From the human T2T-CHM13v2.0 reference genome, Homo sapiens, in assembly GCF_009914755.1 (NCBI RefSeq), contig NC_060941.1: a DNA stretch of 64,000 bases; one strand, written 5' to 3'. Both the position numbers and the translations under genes were made by a program. Shown here one piece after another: positions 1 to 14,986 of the stretch; within the stretch, counting starts at the first letter, position 1, and every line of letters begins with the position of its first letter. The notes below the pieces were generated by a model, which made no database searches, was not told the origin of the DNA, and saw only the letters and a program-made list of their open reading frames with translations.

Positions 1-283
<283 letters not shown>

Positions 284-440
284 GGAGATTTACATGGAGT
301 TTTAAAGACTAATGCAGGGAGAGCCCATGCGTGTTTCACCATTGCCTCCATGATAAAATCTGGCAAAACCGCAATGGAACATCACAGCCTAGAACATTGA
401 GCCAACCCACCAGTCTTATTCCTTCTTCCTTGGTTTTACC

Positions 441-447
<7 letters not shown>

Positions 448-505
<58 letters not shown>

Positions 506-526
506 CGCGCGCGCGCGCACGTGCGC
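448..526. repeat. (TG)25(CG)10 compound microsatellite
   Basis: direct reading. Confidence 0.97.
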
Positions 527-699
527 TCACGCGTTTACTTCTGTGTGATTGTATCACATACAAATTCACGTATCCACCACCACAATCAGGATACACAGCA
601 GCCCTGTCTTCCCGAGAGGCCTGTGCTACTGCTTTGCCCACAGTCCCTGCTGTTTCCCTCTCCTGACCCTTGGCAGCCACCGGTCGGCTCTCCGTTGCC

Positions 700-1500
700 T
701 ATTCTATTCTGTCATCTCGAGAATGCTGTGTAAATGGACTCTGTGGCCTCTAATGCTGTAGCTTTCTTCTCTCGGCACAGCTCTCTGGAGACCCACCCCG
801 AGCGTGGTGGGTGGTGCTGGTTTGCTGCTTCTGTTGCTGAGTGGTGCCGTGGTTTGTGTGACCATTCATGTATTACGACATCAGGATGGTTTCTAGTCTT
901 TAAGCTGCTGTAAACATTCGTGCTCAGGTTTTCGTGTGAGTGTAACTTCCATTTCTCTGGGTTAAATGCCAGGAGTAGTTTCTGGGTCGTGGTAGTTGGA
1001 CATTTAAACTGCTTTCTAGAGCAGCTGCACCATTCACGTTCGCACCACCACCTGCCCGCAGCCCTGCCTTTCTCTGTCCTCGCTTGTGTCTGACATGGCC
1101 ACTGTTTTCTGTGTCGGCCTTTTTGACAGGCATGTGGTGATACGTCGTTGTGGTCTTTACCTGCGTTTCTGTCATGCCTGATGGTGTGGAGCATCTTTCA
1201 CGGGCTTACTTGCCGTCTGTACCTCCTCTTTGGTGAAATGTCTGCTCAGGTCTTTTACTCATTTCTAAGTGGATTGTTTTTTGTAGTTCTTGAGTTTAGG
1301 GCACTCTTTACATATGTAGGATTCTGGTCCTCTGTTGGATTTGCGTTTGGCTTTCTCCCAGTCTGTAGCTCATCTTTCCGTCCTCTTCATAGGGCAAGAG
1401 TTTTTAATTTTTTAATTTTGCTGGGGTCTCGATCAGTTTTTTGTTTTTGTGGCTCATGTTTTTAGTGCTTTTTAAGACGTGAAGACTTTCTTAAGGTCTG
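700..1500 (-). mobile_element. Decayed L1M-type 3' fragments (boundaries approximate)
   Basis: motifs such as catttctctgggttaaatgccaggagt and tggagcatctttca...ttggtgaaatgtct. Confidence 0.6.
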
Positions 1501-3005
1501 GGAACTCCACCTCGCCCGGTCCCGGGGATGCTGTCCCGTGTTTTCTGTTCTGCTGGTTGGTCTGCGTGTCTGTTCTGCCAGCGCACACTGTGTGACGGGC
1601 TGTGCTGCGATGCTGCTGTGCATAGTCAGCCTTCGCACTGGGCAGGGAGATGCCTCCCAGCGTCTTCTTTCTCAGGACTGTTTTCCCTGTTTTAGGGCTT
1701 GTGCTTTTCCACATAAATCTTGAATTTTTAAAACATCTTTTAGATACCACTGGAATGGTACATGTCTTCCTAATAGTGTATGTTAAATTGATGTTACAGT
1801 ATATCTTTGTTGCATTGCCTTTTGGCGGGTTTTGTTTCTTACTTTCCTAATGAATTTATCACAAAAGTTACAAATTTGCAAAGCAGCAGTCAGGCCTCCT
1901 CCCAGCCTGCTGTGAAGCGCCTGTTTCCTCCAATCTCCAGCCCAGCCCAGGGGTCTGCCTTGGAGCCACCCGCACGTCTGGTTTCTGTGTGATTGGCCAG
2001 AGGCGGTGGGCGCGTCTGCTCCTTTTCCCTGGGGGGTGGGGGCACAGACCCTGGGTGGCTGTGTTCGGCTCCTTACTTGGTGCCCGTCTGTGTGTGCTCC
2101 TCCCAGCAGCCATCGCTCAACCTTGCTCTCAGGAAGCCCCCAGGCGAGTGTTGGCAGGAATCCTGCCAGGCGGGAGGTCGCTCCTCCAGAGCGTGGTCCC
2201 TGAAGCCGCCAGCCTCCCTGGCCTCGCCCCTTGCTGGTGGTGTGTGTGGTGTGGCCGTGGGTGCACTTTGCTGGGTCTTCCTGGGACACTGAAGTCTCCT
2301 GTGTCTCCAGCCCTGAGAACTCGGAGCCCGGGTGCTTTTGGGAAGGACGGGGCACCAGCTGGTGACACATGGGAAGGGAGGTGTGGTTGTCACCTTGCCC
2401 AGGTAACCTGCTCTGCCTGGTCGGTGCGCCTAAGGGGGGCAGGGTGTTTGGGGAGGACATGAGAGGCCTCCTGGAAGCACTTCATCCTGTTGAAGTTCAC
2501 ATTTTGACCTTTTCAGCAGCCCTTGCTCTGGGCCTGTGCCCGGCCCTGGGACTCGGCCTGGAGAGCCTATTGACACCGTGCCATGGGTGCGGGCAGGGCG
2601 CCCTCCCTGGAGGGCGGCACGTGGTGCCAGTTGGTGACCATGAGCTGCCTCACTCCTGAGGAAGAGTGTTCGGGCTCTGGGCTTTGATTTAACCTGCCTG
2701 TCTGTCTCTCTGAGTTGACAGCCGGGGCCTCCGCGTGGGTGCTGCTGGGAGGCTCAGTGGTAAAGGCCACTTTTCAGGATGTGTCTGATTTTATAAACTT
2801 GAATTCTTAAATTGTGGTTTTAAAGAGCACCAGGACGTAAAAACAGAGTGACGCACCTTGAGGCTCTGTTCAGCCAACAATGAGGGCTTTTATTTAAAAA
2901 ATAAAGCCGTGGGTCATTCACGTTGTGCTGTTTGTTCTGAACTTGCCTCTGGTGTTGGCGGAAGCTGACCTCGCTCACCTGCTGTGTTTGTTCTTTGCTC
3001 CGCAG

Positions 3006-3035
3006 GCCGCCTTCCAGGAGAATGTGGGGAGACAG
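3006..3035 (+). CDS. TBCD: TBCD coding exon (exon 16), 30 nt, AAFQENVGRQ
   Basis: ccgcag|GCC...CAG|gtatgg; peptide matches recalled TBCD sequence and joins next exon in frame. Confidence 0.95.
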
Positions 3036-6000
3036 GTATGGCTGCTTTCAAACACCTTTATTCCAAAAACTTCCTGCGGGTTTATAGGTAGGAATCTTGA
3101 GAGCTATAACCCTGGTGTCTTCTCGCACTGTGAGATGTGGTGTGGCTACATCAATGCCAGGGTCATGAGTTCACTATAGGACGCACATGTTAAACAGCGA
3201 GTCCTGTTTCACAGGGAACCTGCATGTACAGTAATTTACACACACAGGCCGGAAAGCTGTGCTTTACACGTTGCCAAGAGCCACATAATGTGGCTCTGCA
3301 GGGTGGGGCGGGTCCCTGGGACCAGCCTGGCCTTGCGGGGACGCAGACCTGACCCCGCCTCATCCCACACAGAGCAGGAGCTGGCTCTGTTGACGTCAGC
3401 TTGTGCCTCATCCAGACCATAGACGGGCCCAGAAGTCAGCTCCCAGAAGCTACGGACCCCATGACCCCACGACCCCACATCATGCTGGGGCTGCTTTTGC
3501 TGTGCCCTCTGACCCTGACATCTGGTCACTGGTCAGCTTCGCCTGTGAATGGGGGGCCCCAGGTTACTCATGTTGTGTGTGATGACGTCACATCTTGGGC
3601 GTGTGGTTGGGTCTTGCAGGAGAGTGGGACAGAGGCCGGAGAGGGGACCGGGGTCTGGGCTGGACCTGGGCGGGGAGCAAAGTTCCCACGAGAAGTCAGC
3701 CGAGAAGGCTCTGGAGTTCCCGGACAGCAAAGCAAATGCAGCCGGGGTCTGGGCTGTGGCCAGGTGGTGTGGGGCGGCATGGGGTGGACGTGGGCCTGCG
3801 GACCCTTCTGACCTGTGGGGAGCCCTCCAGGCAAGGTGTCTGACCTGGAGTGGAAGCATTGAGGCCAAATGAGTCCACAGGAAAAGCCGGATGCCAGAGT
3901 CAGCTGGAGAGGCGGGCGGACGAGGACTTGCGCCTGTTATTGAAATGGTTCTGGAGGAGCCTGGCGTGAGTGGTGTGGGCGGCTTTCTGTAGACGGAGCC
4001 CAGGAAGGGGCGTGACTACTTCTTGCTGGCCCGAGGCAGCCGAGGCCCACCCAGCGTCCTTGGGGTGCCGTGGGGCCTGCATGTGTTCAGAGCCCTGAGC
4101 CCTGGTCGGAGCCAGTTCACTAGGAAGAGACACCAGCCTTGCAAGGGGAGCCTGGGTGTGCAGACAGCAAGAGCCACCCAGGCCAAGGAGAATGTGAACG
4201 AGGTTTGGTCTTTTGAGTGGAGAGTGTGGCTGCTGTGAGGAAGAAGGAGCTTGTTGGAAACCACTTAGCTGAGCCGAGGGACTTGCCAGCTTCCTGGAAA
4301 GTGAGAGCCCAGGAGAAGAAGTCTCCCTGTCCCTGGGCTTCCAGCCCCTCCAGAGCCCCCACTGGAGAGGGGCGTGCTGAGGCCAGAGCCCGGGGTGACG
4401 ACCGTGCTGGGTGGGCCCTGGGGCGCACTCCGCCATCACTCTGTGTTCCGGGTTCCCAGATGCTGCTTCCTGGGAGGAGCAGCCCAGTCGCATAGGGAGC
4501 CACGGGGCCCTGCAGCTGAGCTGACCAGCCTCCCTGTGTGTGTGGCTGGATTTGAGCCACGTTACCTTTATCGGGGCAGCTCAGGTTGGGGATTGATTGA
4601 CAGGGAAAGGAAAGGCCTTTACACTTGGTCTAAATTTAGGCAAGCAGCCAGAAAATGGGATATTCCCGTGGGTGCGGGAGTCTTGCACCTCAGTCCTGAG
4701 CCTGAGCAGTGTGAGTCTCAGAGCATCCTGCACAGTGACCAGCATGCGGACGGCAGCGGGAGCCTCGTGGAAGAAGCGGCACAGATTTTGAAGAGACACA
4801 GACTTTGAAAGAAATGCAAGACGCGCAGGTGCGGAGCGTCTCCCAGCCCCGCACGGCCATGTCCTGCTGAGGTTGGATAGAAACATTTGAGAAGAAGGTC
4901 GAGAACTTGGCAAGGCAAAGCAAACGGGAGTGGACGTGTCGCATAGCACACAGGGAAGCAGCCTAAAAACCCTCGGATTTGGAGGAGGCTGTTTCTAATA
5001 CACAGATTTGGAATGAAGTTGTAAGAAATGCGTTACAGTGGAGGCCGCTGGGTAACAGCAGCAGGGATGGGGGGTGGTTGGGGAGCGGCCTGGGGGACAC
5101 AGAGGGGGCTGGGGGCAGAGACGAGGGACCAGCTTCTCTGTCCAGGTTCGTCTTGGCTGGAGTTGGAGACTCTGGTCCTGAGTGGTCTCTGCCTTCTCCC
5201 TACTGAGCCCAGGGGCTCTTGAGCAGGTTGTGACTAACCCATGGGCAGCTTCCACGTTCAGGGCCTGTCCGACATTCCAGCCCTATGACCCTGCTCCTAG
5301 GCGAGTGCTGTCCAGGCCCCCGACACCATCAGGCCCTTGTGGTGGCCTGTCCACACCCAGGCCCCCCACTTCCCCCCTGCACAGGTGAGGAAGTTGAGGC
5401 TCAGGGCAGCTGAGCCCGCTTTTGTCTGCTCGGAGCCTGTTGTTCCAGCCCTAGCCTGGCCAGACAGAGCCTTGGCCCCTGTGTTGGTCTTGCTTTGTTC
5501 TCACCGTGGGGGGATGCTGGACACAGAGTCCCCTTGTTCTTGTTCTCGGTGAGACCTGGTCCTGGGCCACCCCGGATGTTTCCCTGGGCTCCTGCCTGCT
5601 GTGATGTGGGGCATGGAGTTGTACCCCAGTGGGCGACATCCCAGGTTGTGGCACCTGCTGTCTTTCTGCAGAGTGAGCCGCAACAGCTCCACCTGGGTGC
5701 AGGTTTCTCCCCTGTTCACGGTTCAGTGAAGGATGCTCATGCTGTCACTGATTGCAGCAGCCTCAGGCAGAAGTTTATGGTATCTCCATCAGCCCAAGCT
5801 CCCAGTGTAACCCTTGGGAGAGATTTGCTGGAAGAAAGCCGCATGGTACCTGCTCATTCCGGCCTCTCCTGGTGGGAAGGAGGGATGTGGCCCCGGGTGT
5901 TCTCAGGAGTGCTGGCTGTTCAGTTACGTTGACTTGCGAAGCTATTACATGAAGGTGTGAGGTTTTAATGGTCAAGTGCAGGGTGGTGATGAATGGGTTA

Positions 6001-6884
6001 AAGACGTCAAGGAAGGATCTGAATCCCGGCCTCGGAGGTGGGCAGGCTTGGGAGACCTTTGAAAAACCCTGCTGTGGTTTATAGCTGTAAGGCTTTCTAT
6101 GTGGGGTTTAAAGTTTGTCATTTGTATTTTCTTAGGAAATTATTTATGTTGTTTCCAGAATTTCACATCCTGGAACCTGAGAGTGGTATCAGTAACACCA
6201 TGTAGGCTGCGGGGCTGGAGCTGGGGCTCCACTGGGAGGCTGTCGTGGCGGGGTGGGAGGAGGTGCCGCCTCTCCCATGTCAGAGCCTCGGCGGCTGCTG
6301 GTCCTCGATGCTTCTGGGGTCAGCTGTCACCACCCCCAAGAACCGGCTGGGCCAGCTGCCCCCAGTCAACGTCTTGCCTGCCCGGGACTGCTGAGTGAGG
6401 CCTGGGCTCTGGTCCAGGCTTTGTAGACCGTGCAGGCGGCTGCATCCCCGACCTGACCCAGGCCTGCTCGCTCTGGTGTGCACCGACCTGCCAGCTTTGT
6501 GGCACTTTGTGGCATGGGGCTCAGGCCGATGGAGGTCAGTGGCTGTAACACTGTTGAGACCCGAAGACCGTTTACGGTGTATGTTTTCGGGAAAGGTCTC
6601 TTACCACGTACCGAAGTGGAAATGTTTGAGTTGTTTGAAAAAGATGAAATACTTGTGAGTGGTTTCAATGATTTAGCGTGGTGTTGCCTGGGTAGACCGT
6701 CAGGAAGTCAGTGTGACGTGGAAGTCCTCGGCGAGCCATGTCTGTGGTGTGTGGCTTGCTCACCACCTGCCTCAGGGCTCGGGGTTCATGAGTGTAAATG
6801 TCTGTGGATGTGATTATTGAACTTGGTGAAATGCCTTTGTTCATTCAAATTCTTCTTTTTCCCCCATTTCCACTTTCTTATTAG

Positions 6885-6970
6885 GGCACTTTCCCTCATG
6901 GTATTGATATTTTGACCACAGCTGACTATTTTGCCGTCGGTAACAGATCCAACTGTTTCCTGGTTATAAG
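6885..6970 (+). CDS. TBCD: TBCD exon 17, [29 protein letters not shown]
   Basis: long pyrimidine tract + ttag| ... AAG|gtaagt; 86 nt, frame continuous. Confidence 0.96.
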
Positions 6971-7412
6971 GTAAGTCTTTAATGTATATCACAAAAATAG
7001 AATACTCTAAAATCAGATTGGATGTCAGAAATCAGCTACCACCATTTTCTTTTTTCATCCTGTAATGTCCACTCAATGGAATGTAGTTTTTGTGTGAAAA
7101 ATTAAAAATGGAATTGGGAACAGTGACTGAAACTTGTGTTTCATGTTGATTGGACACACCTCATGCTTTACTACGCTAGATAGGGGACATTTACTCATGT
7201 GTTAAAGAGGGGCTCAGCTTCAGGAGTGCGGCCTTGCCGTGAGTGCTGTCTCTGCTTATGATTTTTCTCCTGGTCGCCCCGTTTTACCTGTGCTGGTTCT
7301 GTGTGGGGCTTGGAGTTTGAGAGGAAGCAGCTGCAAGCACGGCCACACCTCCTCCTGATGCTTCCCTACTGGATGTCCTAAATGCTTTCCCACCGTGAAA
7401 TCTTGGATTAGA

Positions 7413-7494
7413 AGGGACTGTTTCTTTCTGTTTCGGTAATAGGAAGTGTTTTGAGGGACTGTTTCTTTCTGTTTCGGTAATAGGAAGTGTTTTG
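7413..7494. repeat. Exact 41-bp tandem duplication
   Basis: agggactgtttctttctgtttcggtaataggaagtgttttg x2. Confidence 0.92.
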
Positions 7495-7699
7495 AAGTTG
7501 AAGTTATCTGTAGATTGTCTATGAAATGAGTAAGAGGTATTTTAGAAATCAGGTTAGAAACAAATGTTTAGCACCTCTAATTGCAGTTTACAGAATTATA
7601 TCAAACTGTTTTAGTTGTGTAATTAGGTACTGGGGAGGTTACTTCAGTTATCTTAGTTGATCCATTGCAGCAGAAATGTGAAAAAGGGTGTGACTTTAT

Positions 7700-7753
7700 T
7701 TATTTATTTTTGGAGACAGAATCTAGCTCTGTTGCCCAGGCTGGAGTGCAGTG
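7700..7753 (-). mobile_element. Severely 5'-truncated Alu with 14-bp target-site duplications
   Basis: gggtgtgactttat at 7686-7699 and 7754-7767 flanking Alu 3' end. Confidence 0.85.
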
Positions 7754-8082
7754 GGGTGTGACTTTATGAAGTGATTTATTTGCCTTAAATTAGGACCAGA
7801 AGCATGCCCGATGCATTTTTAACATTAACCATTAAATACCCTAAAGATCGATTCCCCAACAGCCCTGCTGTGTAGACCGTGCAGAAAGGACGTTTCTCCG
7901 TCACCAGCCTGGGCAGAATTTTGAAAATGTAGCATTTGGCCTCTTTCCCAGGAAGGATCTTTGAACACACTTATCTGTATTTTTATACCCTTTCAGGTTT
8001 CCTCAACATTTAATGTCCTTTTTTGCCTTATCAGTTCTTTCCTATTAATACTTGGCCATATATTTTATGTGGAAAATCTACT

Positions 8083-8369
<287 letters not shown>

Positions 8370-9698
8370 CTACCACCTTTTCCCGAGTTTCCTGAGTAAC
8401 ACACCTGACAGCTATGGGAAGCTTCAGCATATTTCCCTTGTTGCTGAGGTTTCTAAGCCAGCCTAAAACTCGCATGTAATTAGCTGTGTGCGTTTTATAA
8501 AAACATTTGCCAACCCAAGACCTGGGTCCAGGCATGTCTTCCCCCAGTGTGTTTGGCTTCCTCACGATGCCAGGCCCTGCGTGCAGACCAGATGCCACTT
8601 GTGAGGACGCACCGGCAGGCAGGCCCCTCCAATCCTGAGGGCGGCATCACGGGGACCGGCAGTCATGGCTGCACCCTAGCACCACGGGGCCCCCCTGCAC
8701 CCGAGGCAGGGTCCTGCTGTCAGCCTGGACCTTGGGGTGAGGGAGGCAGTGGTCCTGTTCAGCAGAGGGCATGGGACTGAGCACAGCCCATCAGGGAGGA
8801 GAGTTAGCAGGGCCCTGGGCCCTGGCGGGGAGCTGCTGGGGGCCTTTGAGCCATAGTGAAGAGTGTGGATTGTCCTGAGGTCATGGCACTTTGATGGTCA
8901 GGTCTTTGTTTTGAACATATCCCTGTGGCTGTATTTGGTGACTGGAAATAAGGAGAGGGCTTGAGGGCTCTTGGGAGACGGGAGAGGGCTGGGGGCCTGG
9001 AGGTGTGCCCGCTGGAGGAAGGTGGGAGTTGCCAGGGCATTACAGAGGGTCTCAGAGCTGTGTTGGCATCACTCCGCAGGTGGAGGGCACAGCTGAGGGC
9101 GACAGTGTCGTTGAGTGCGAGGAGGTTGGGGCCTCAGCTTGCACGTGCTGGCCTGCGAGGAAGCATCAGCCGTGCTGACACGGAGATGTTTCCTCTGCAA
9201 ATTGGAGTTTCGGACACACAGACTGGAATTGAACTAACGGGCACCCCAGGAAGACTGTGGGGCGAGACGAGGAGGATGGGGGGACCAGCCGTCGCCCCGC
9301 TCTCCTGTTCATCATCACAGCCTCGTTGGGGTGTAAACGACCCCCAGTAAGCTGGTGCATGTTCAATAGGTACATTTTTGTAAATGTTAACATCTGTAAA
9401 TTCGTACCTATCACCACAATCAAGACGAGAAAAGGCCCAGGTTTCCCCTTTCCCATTCGGGGTCCCTCCCCTCCCACACCCCCTTCTTCAGGCACCCCTG
9501 GTCTGTTGCTCTCACTGCAGCTGTGTCTGCATTTCCCAAAGCTCTGTGTGAATGGGTTCAGGCAGTGGGCACTCTCCTCACTCACACTGGCTTCCTCTGC
9601 TCCATGCTTCCTGCAGACTGTCCGCCTGTGGGGACCGTCCCCCGAGCCTCCAGGGCCAGGGGTGTGGTACGTGGCGTCTGTCTCCACTCACCTGGTGA

Positions 9699-10180
<482 letters not shown>

Positions 10181-10617
10181 TGATGGTGCCACGCGCCCCC
10201 GGTGCTGGATGAGCTCGGGGTCCGGGATCTGGGGTCCTTGCCGGCGCTGGGGGTGTTGGTCTTTCAAGCTCGGGGTCCGGGATCTGGGGTCCGTGCTGGT
10301 GCTGGGGTGTTGGTCTTTCAAGCTTGGCCATTGTCATGGGGGTGTGGGAGCAGCTGACTAACTCGTGTTCTAGTGACTGATGATGCAGTTTCAGTCATCA
10401 TCCATTTCAGGGGCGTGTTTAACACATCTTTCGCCCATTTATTTATTAGGTTAGTCGTTTTCTTCCTGTTGAGAATTTGAGAATTCTTCATGAATTCTGC
10501 ATACAATTCCTTTTTCAGATGCTTCCTTGCTACATATTTCCTCCTGCTCCGTGGCTTTCCCTTTCAGTATCCTGTATATTCCTAAGTCAAAGCCTTTTTT
10601 AAAAAAAATCAGCTTTG

Positions 10618-10938
<321 letters not shown>

Positions 10939-11229
10939 TTATTACATATAGTTTACATATAGTAAAATTGCCAGTTTTCAATATGGTTTTAAGTGTGGCA
11001 GCGGGTTTGGCAGATGTGAGCTGTTGAATGACCACCACTGTGGTCAGTGTGGTGCACATGACCCTCCCTCCAGGAGGCGCCATCCTGACTGACCTCCTGT
11101 CGCTGGGGCTCCCCCGTTTTAGAATCCGTGCAGGTAGCTTCCTTCATCTGCTGCCTGCCTCATCAGCTGCCTGTGTTTCAGGGTTCCTCAGTGGTTCTCA
11201 CTGTGTGGACGCCCCACATTTGAGGGGCT

Positions 11230-11682
11230 TTGAGCCCCCGTGGGTTTTGATGTGAGCACACGGCACAGCTCTGTTCTCCCCGGCTGGTTTTCTGTTGGAG
11301 TGAGCATTGAGCCCCCGTGGGTTTTGGTGTGAGCACACGTCACGGCTCTGTTCTCCCCGATGGTTTTCTGTTTTTCATGAGCATTGAGCCCCTGTGGGTT
11401 TTGGTGTGAGCACACGGCATGGCTCTGGGTTTTGGTGTGAGCACATGGCATGGCTCTGGGTTTTGGTGTGAGCACACGGCATGGCTCTGTTCTCCCCGGC
11501 TGGTTTTCTGGTTTTCGTGAGCATTGAGCCCCCGTGGGTTTTGGTGGGAGCACACGGCACGGCTCTGGGTTTTGGTGGGAGCACACGGCACGGCTCTGGG
11601 TTTTGGTGGGAGCACACGGCACGGCTCTGGGTTTTGGTGGGAGCACACGGCACGGCTCTGGGTTTTGGTGGGAGCACACGGC
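11230..11682. repeat. Compound VNTR, 31-bp core gggttttggtgggagcacacggcacggctct with longer interleaved units
   Basis: direct reading. Confidence 0.92.
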
Positions 11683-12394
11683 TGCTTCCCACAGCTCTGC
11701 TGCAGACCCTGGGGCTTGGGCCGTTGGACAGCTGAGCAGAGGCTTCGTTTTCTTTTCCTATGTGCAGGAGGCTGAACACCGCTTCAAGTGGTTGAAGTGT
11801 GTGTGTATTTTCTGTAAACTTTTTGATGATATTTCTGCTACACTATTTTTTTTTTATTGATTCAGAAGAACTGGTTTATTTTAGGGAAGCCTCCTGTTGG
11901 TAAGATCAGTTGCGGTTGTTTTTTCCAGATTTGTTGTTTGACTTTTGACTTTGTTTTTGGTGTTTCCCTGGTAGACTTTGTTCGGCATATGTGTTGGTAG
12001 GGATCGATTTCTTCTGTGGCTCTGGGTTTCGAGTCATAATTAGAAAGGCATATCCTACTTAGAGATTATTGTTTAAAAGTCTTCCGTGTTGTTTTCACAA
12101 GATGTAACTTTTATTTTTGAGACATAATTTACACGCTTTCAGCTGCCCCTGTATGGAGTGGACGGTTGTGGAGGGGCTGACAGTGTGTCCACCTGCGTCA
12201 CCTGCATCTTCCTTGGGAGTGGAGCTCCCACCACTTCCACGGCCAACACTCCTTCCCCCCAGCCTGTGTGCTGCTGCCCTGCCCTCGACGCGGAGCAGGG
12301 CTGCCCCTCAGGGAAGGTCGTATCCATGGAACCAGAGGGAACACACTCCTGTGTGTCAGGTTCTTTGCTCAGCGTAGTGCGCCTGGGGACCGTC

Positions 12395-12770
12395 CGCAGC
12401 GCGTGTGTCCTCAGTGCATGTGTCCTCCGCTAGTGTCCTCAGCGTGTCCGCAGTGCGCGCGTCCTCGGCTCGTGTCCTCAGCGCGTGTCCGCAGTGCGTC
12501 CTCAGCATGTGTCTTCAGCGCATGTCCTCAGCGCACGTGTCCTCAGCGTGCGTGTCCTCAGCGCGTGTGTCCTCAGTGCGTGTGTCCTCCGCTCACGTGT
12601 CCTCAGCGCGCGCGTCCTCAGCTCGTGTCCTCAGTGCGTGTCCGCAGTGCGTCCTCAGCGCACGTGTCCTCAGCACGCGTGTCCTCAGCTGCTTTTCGTT
12701 GGTGAGTCTTTGCTCAGCATCGTGCGCCTGGGGCCCGTCCTCAGCGTGTGTGTCCGCAGCGCGTGTGTCT
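12395..12770. repeat. CpG-rich short-period minisatellite (gtgtcctcagcgc-like)
   Basis: direct reading. Confidence 0.9.
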
Positions 12771-12789
12771 GCACCTCCTTTTGGTTGGT

Positions 12790-14019
<1,230 letters not shown>

Positions 14020-14739
14020 TAGGTTTTCTGTTTTTGTTTTTCTAAGAGCTTTTTTTCCCCCCAAAGGAGAGATTCAGTTGAGCTTATAAGCCTTGAGTGT
14101 ATTTTCTCACTGTGGATGTCGTATTTTAAAATAACTTCTGAGAAGTAATATGAATTCCAGTCTTCATGCCGGATGTGTTGAGTCATGGTCTGTCTCCAGT
14201 TCCACTTCTGGAGCGCCTGGTCCAGTGTGTCCGACGTGGCGGTGTACCCGTGCGAATGTCCACGCTGGCGTGTTGTGGAGTGCCGCTGCCGTCCGAGGGG
14301 GCGCGGGCGTAGCTTGGAGGCGGACTCTGCGTTGTCTCCCTCAGCAGTGCTTCCCGCTGACTCTGCTCCATGTGGCTCCACAGGTGGTTTCTGCGCTGTC
14401 TCCTGGGAGCCCAGCAGTTCTTAGTGGCCGTTTTCATCATTACAGTAGCAGCTTCAGGGTTTCCTTGCATTTCATAGGCAGTTAAATGTGTCTCAGAAAG
14501 GAAAAGTGAAGTGCGGTCTGGAGCATAAACAGCGCGTTAGTGCTGTGACCGCCGCCCTGAGGAGGTCAGAGGGTCCCCTCCTAGGACAGTGCCGTGCTGT
14601 GGCACTCCTCACGGAGCCTCGAGGAGCGGCAGGTGCCTGTGGGTGGAGGTGGCTTTGTGAGGGTGCGAGTCCAGAATCTCAGTTTCAGAGTTGGTGTGAT
14701 GTGGAGGGGGTCCTTTCTGATCCATGGGGGATGCGTTTG

Positions 14740-14986
14740 CTGCTGCCTGGGGAGCGGCCCGGCTGCCTGCCGTGGTCCTGCTGCCTGGGGAGCGGCCCGG
14801 CTGCCTACTGTGGTCCTGCTGCCTACTATTGGTCCTGCTTCCTGGGGAGCGGCCCGGCTACCTGCGGTGGTCCTGCTGCCTGGGGAGCGGCCCAGCTGCC
14901 TACTGTGGTCCTGCTTCCTGGGGAGCGGCCCGGCTACCTGCCGTGGTCCTGCTGCCTGGGGAGCGGCCCGGCTGCCTACTGTGGTC
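14740..14986. repeat. ~38-bp GC-rich VNTR (ctgctgcctggggagcggcccggctgcctgccgtggtc)
   Basis: about 6 copies. Confidence 0.9.
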
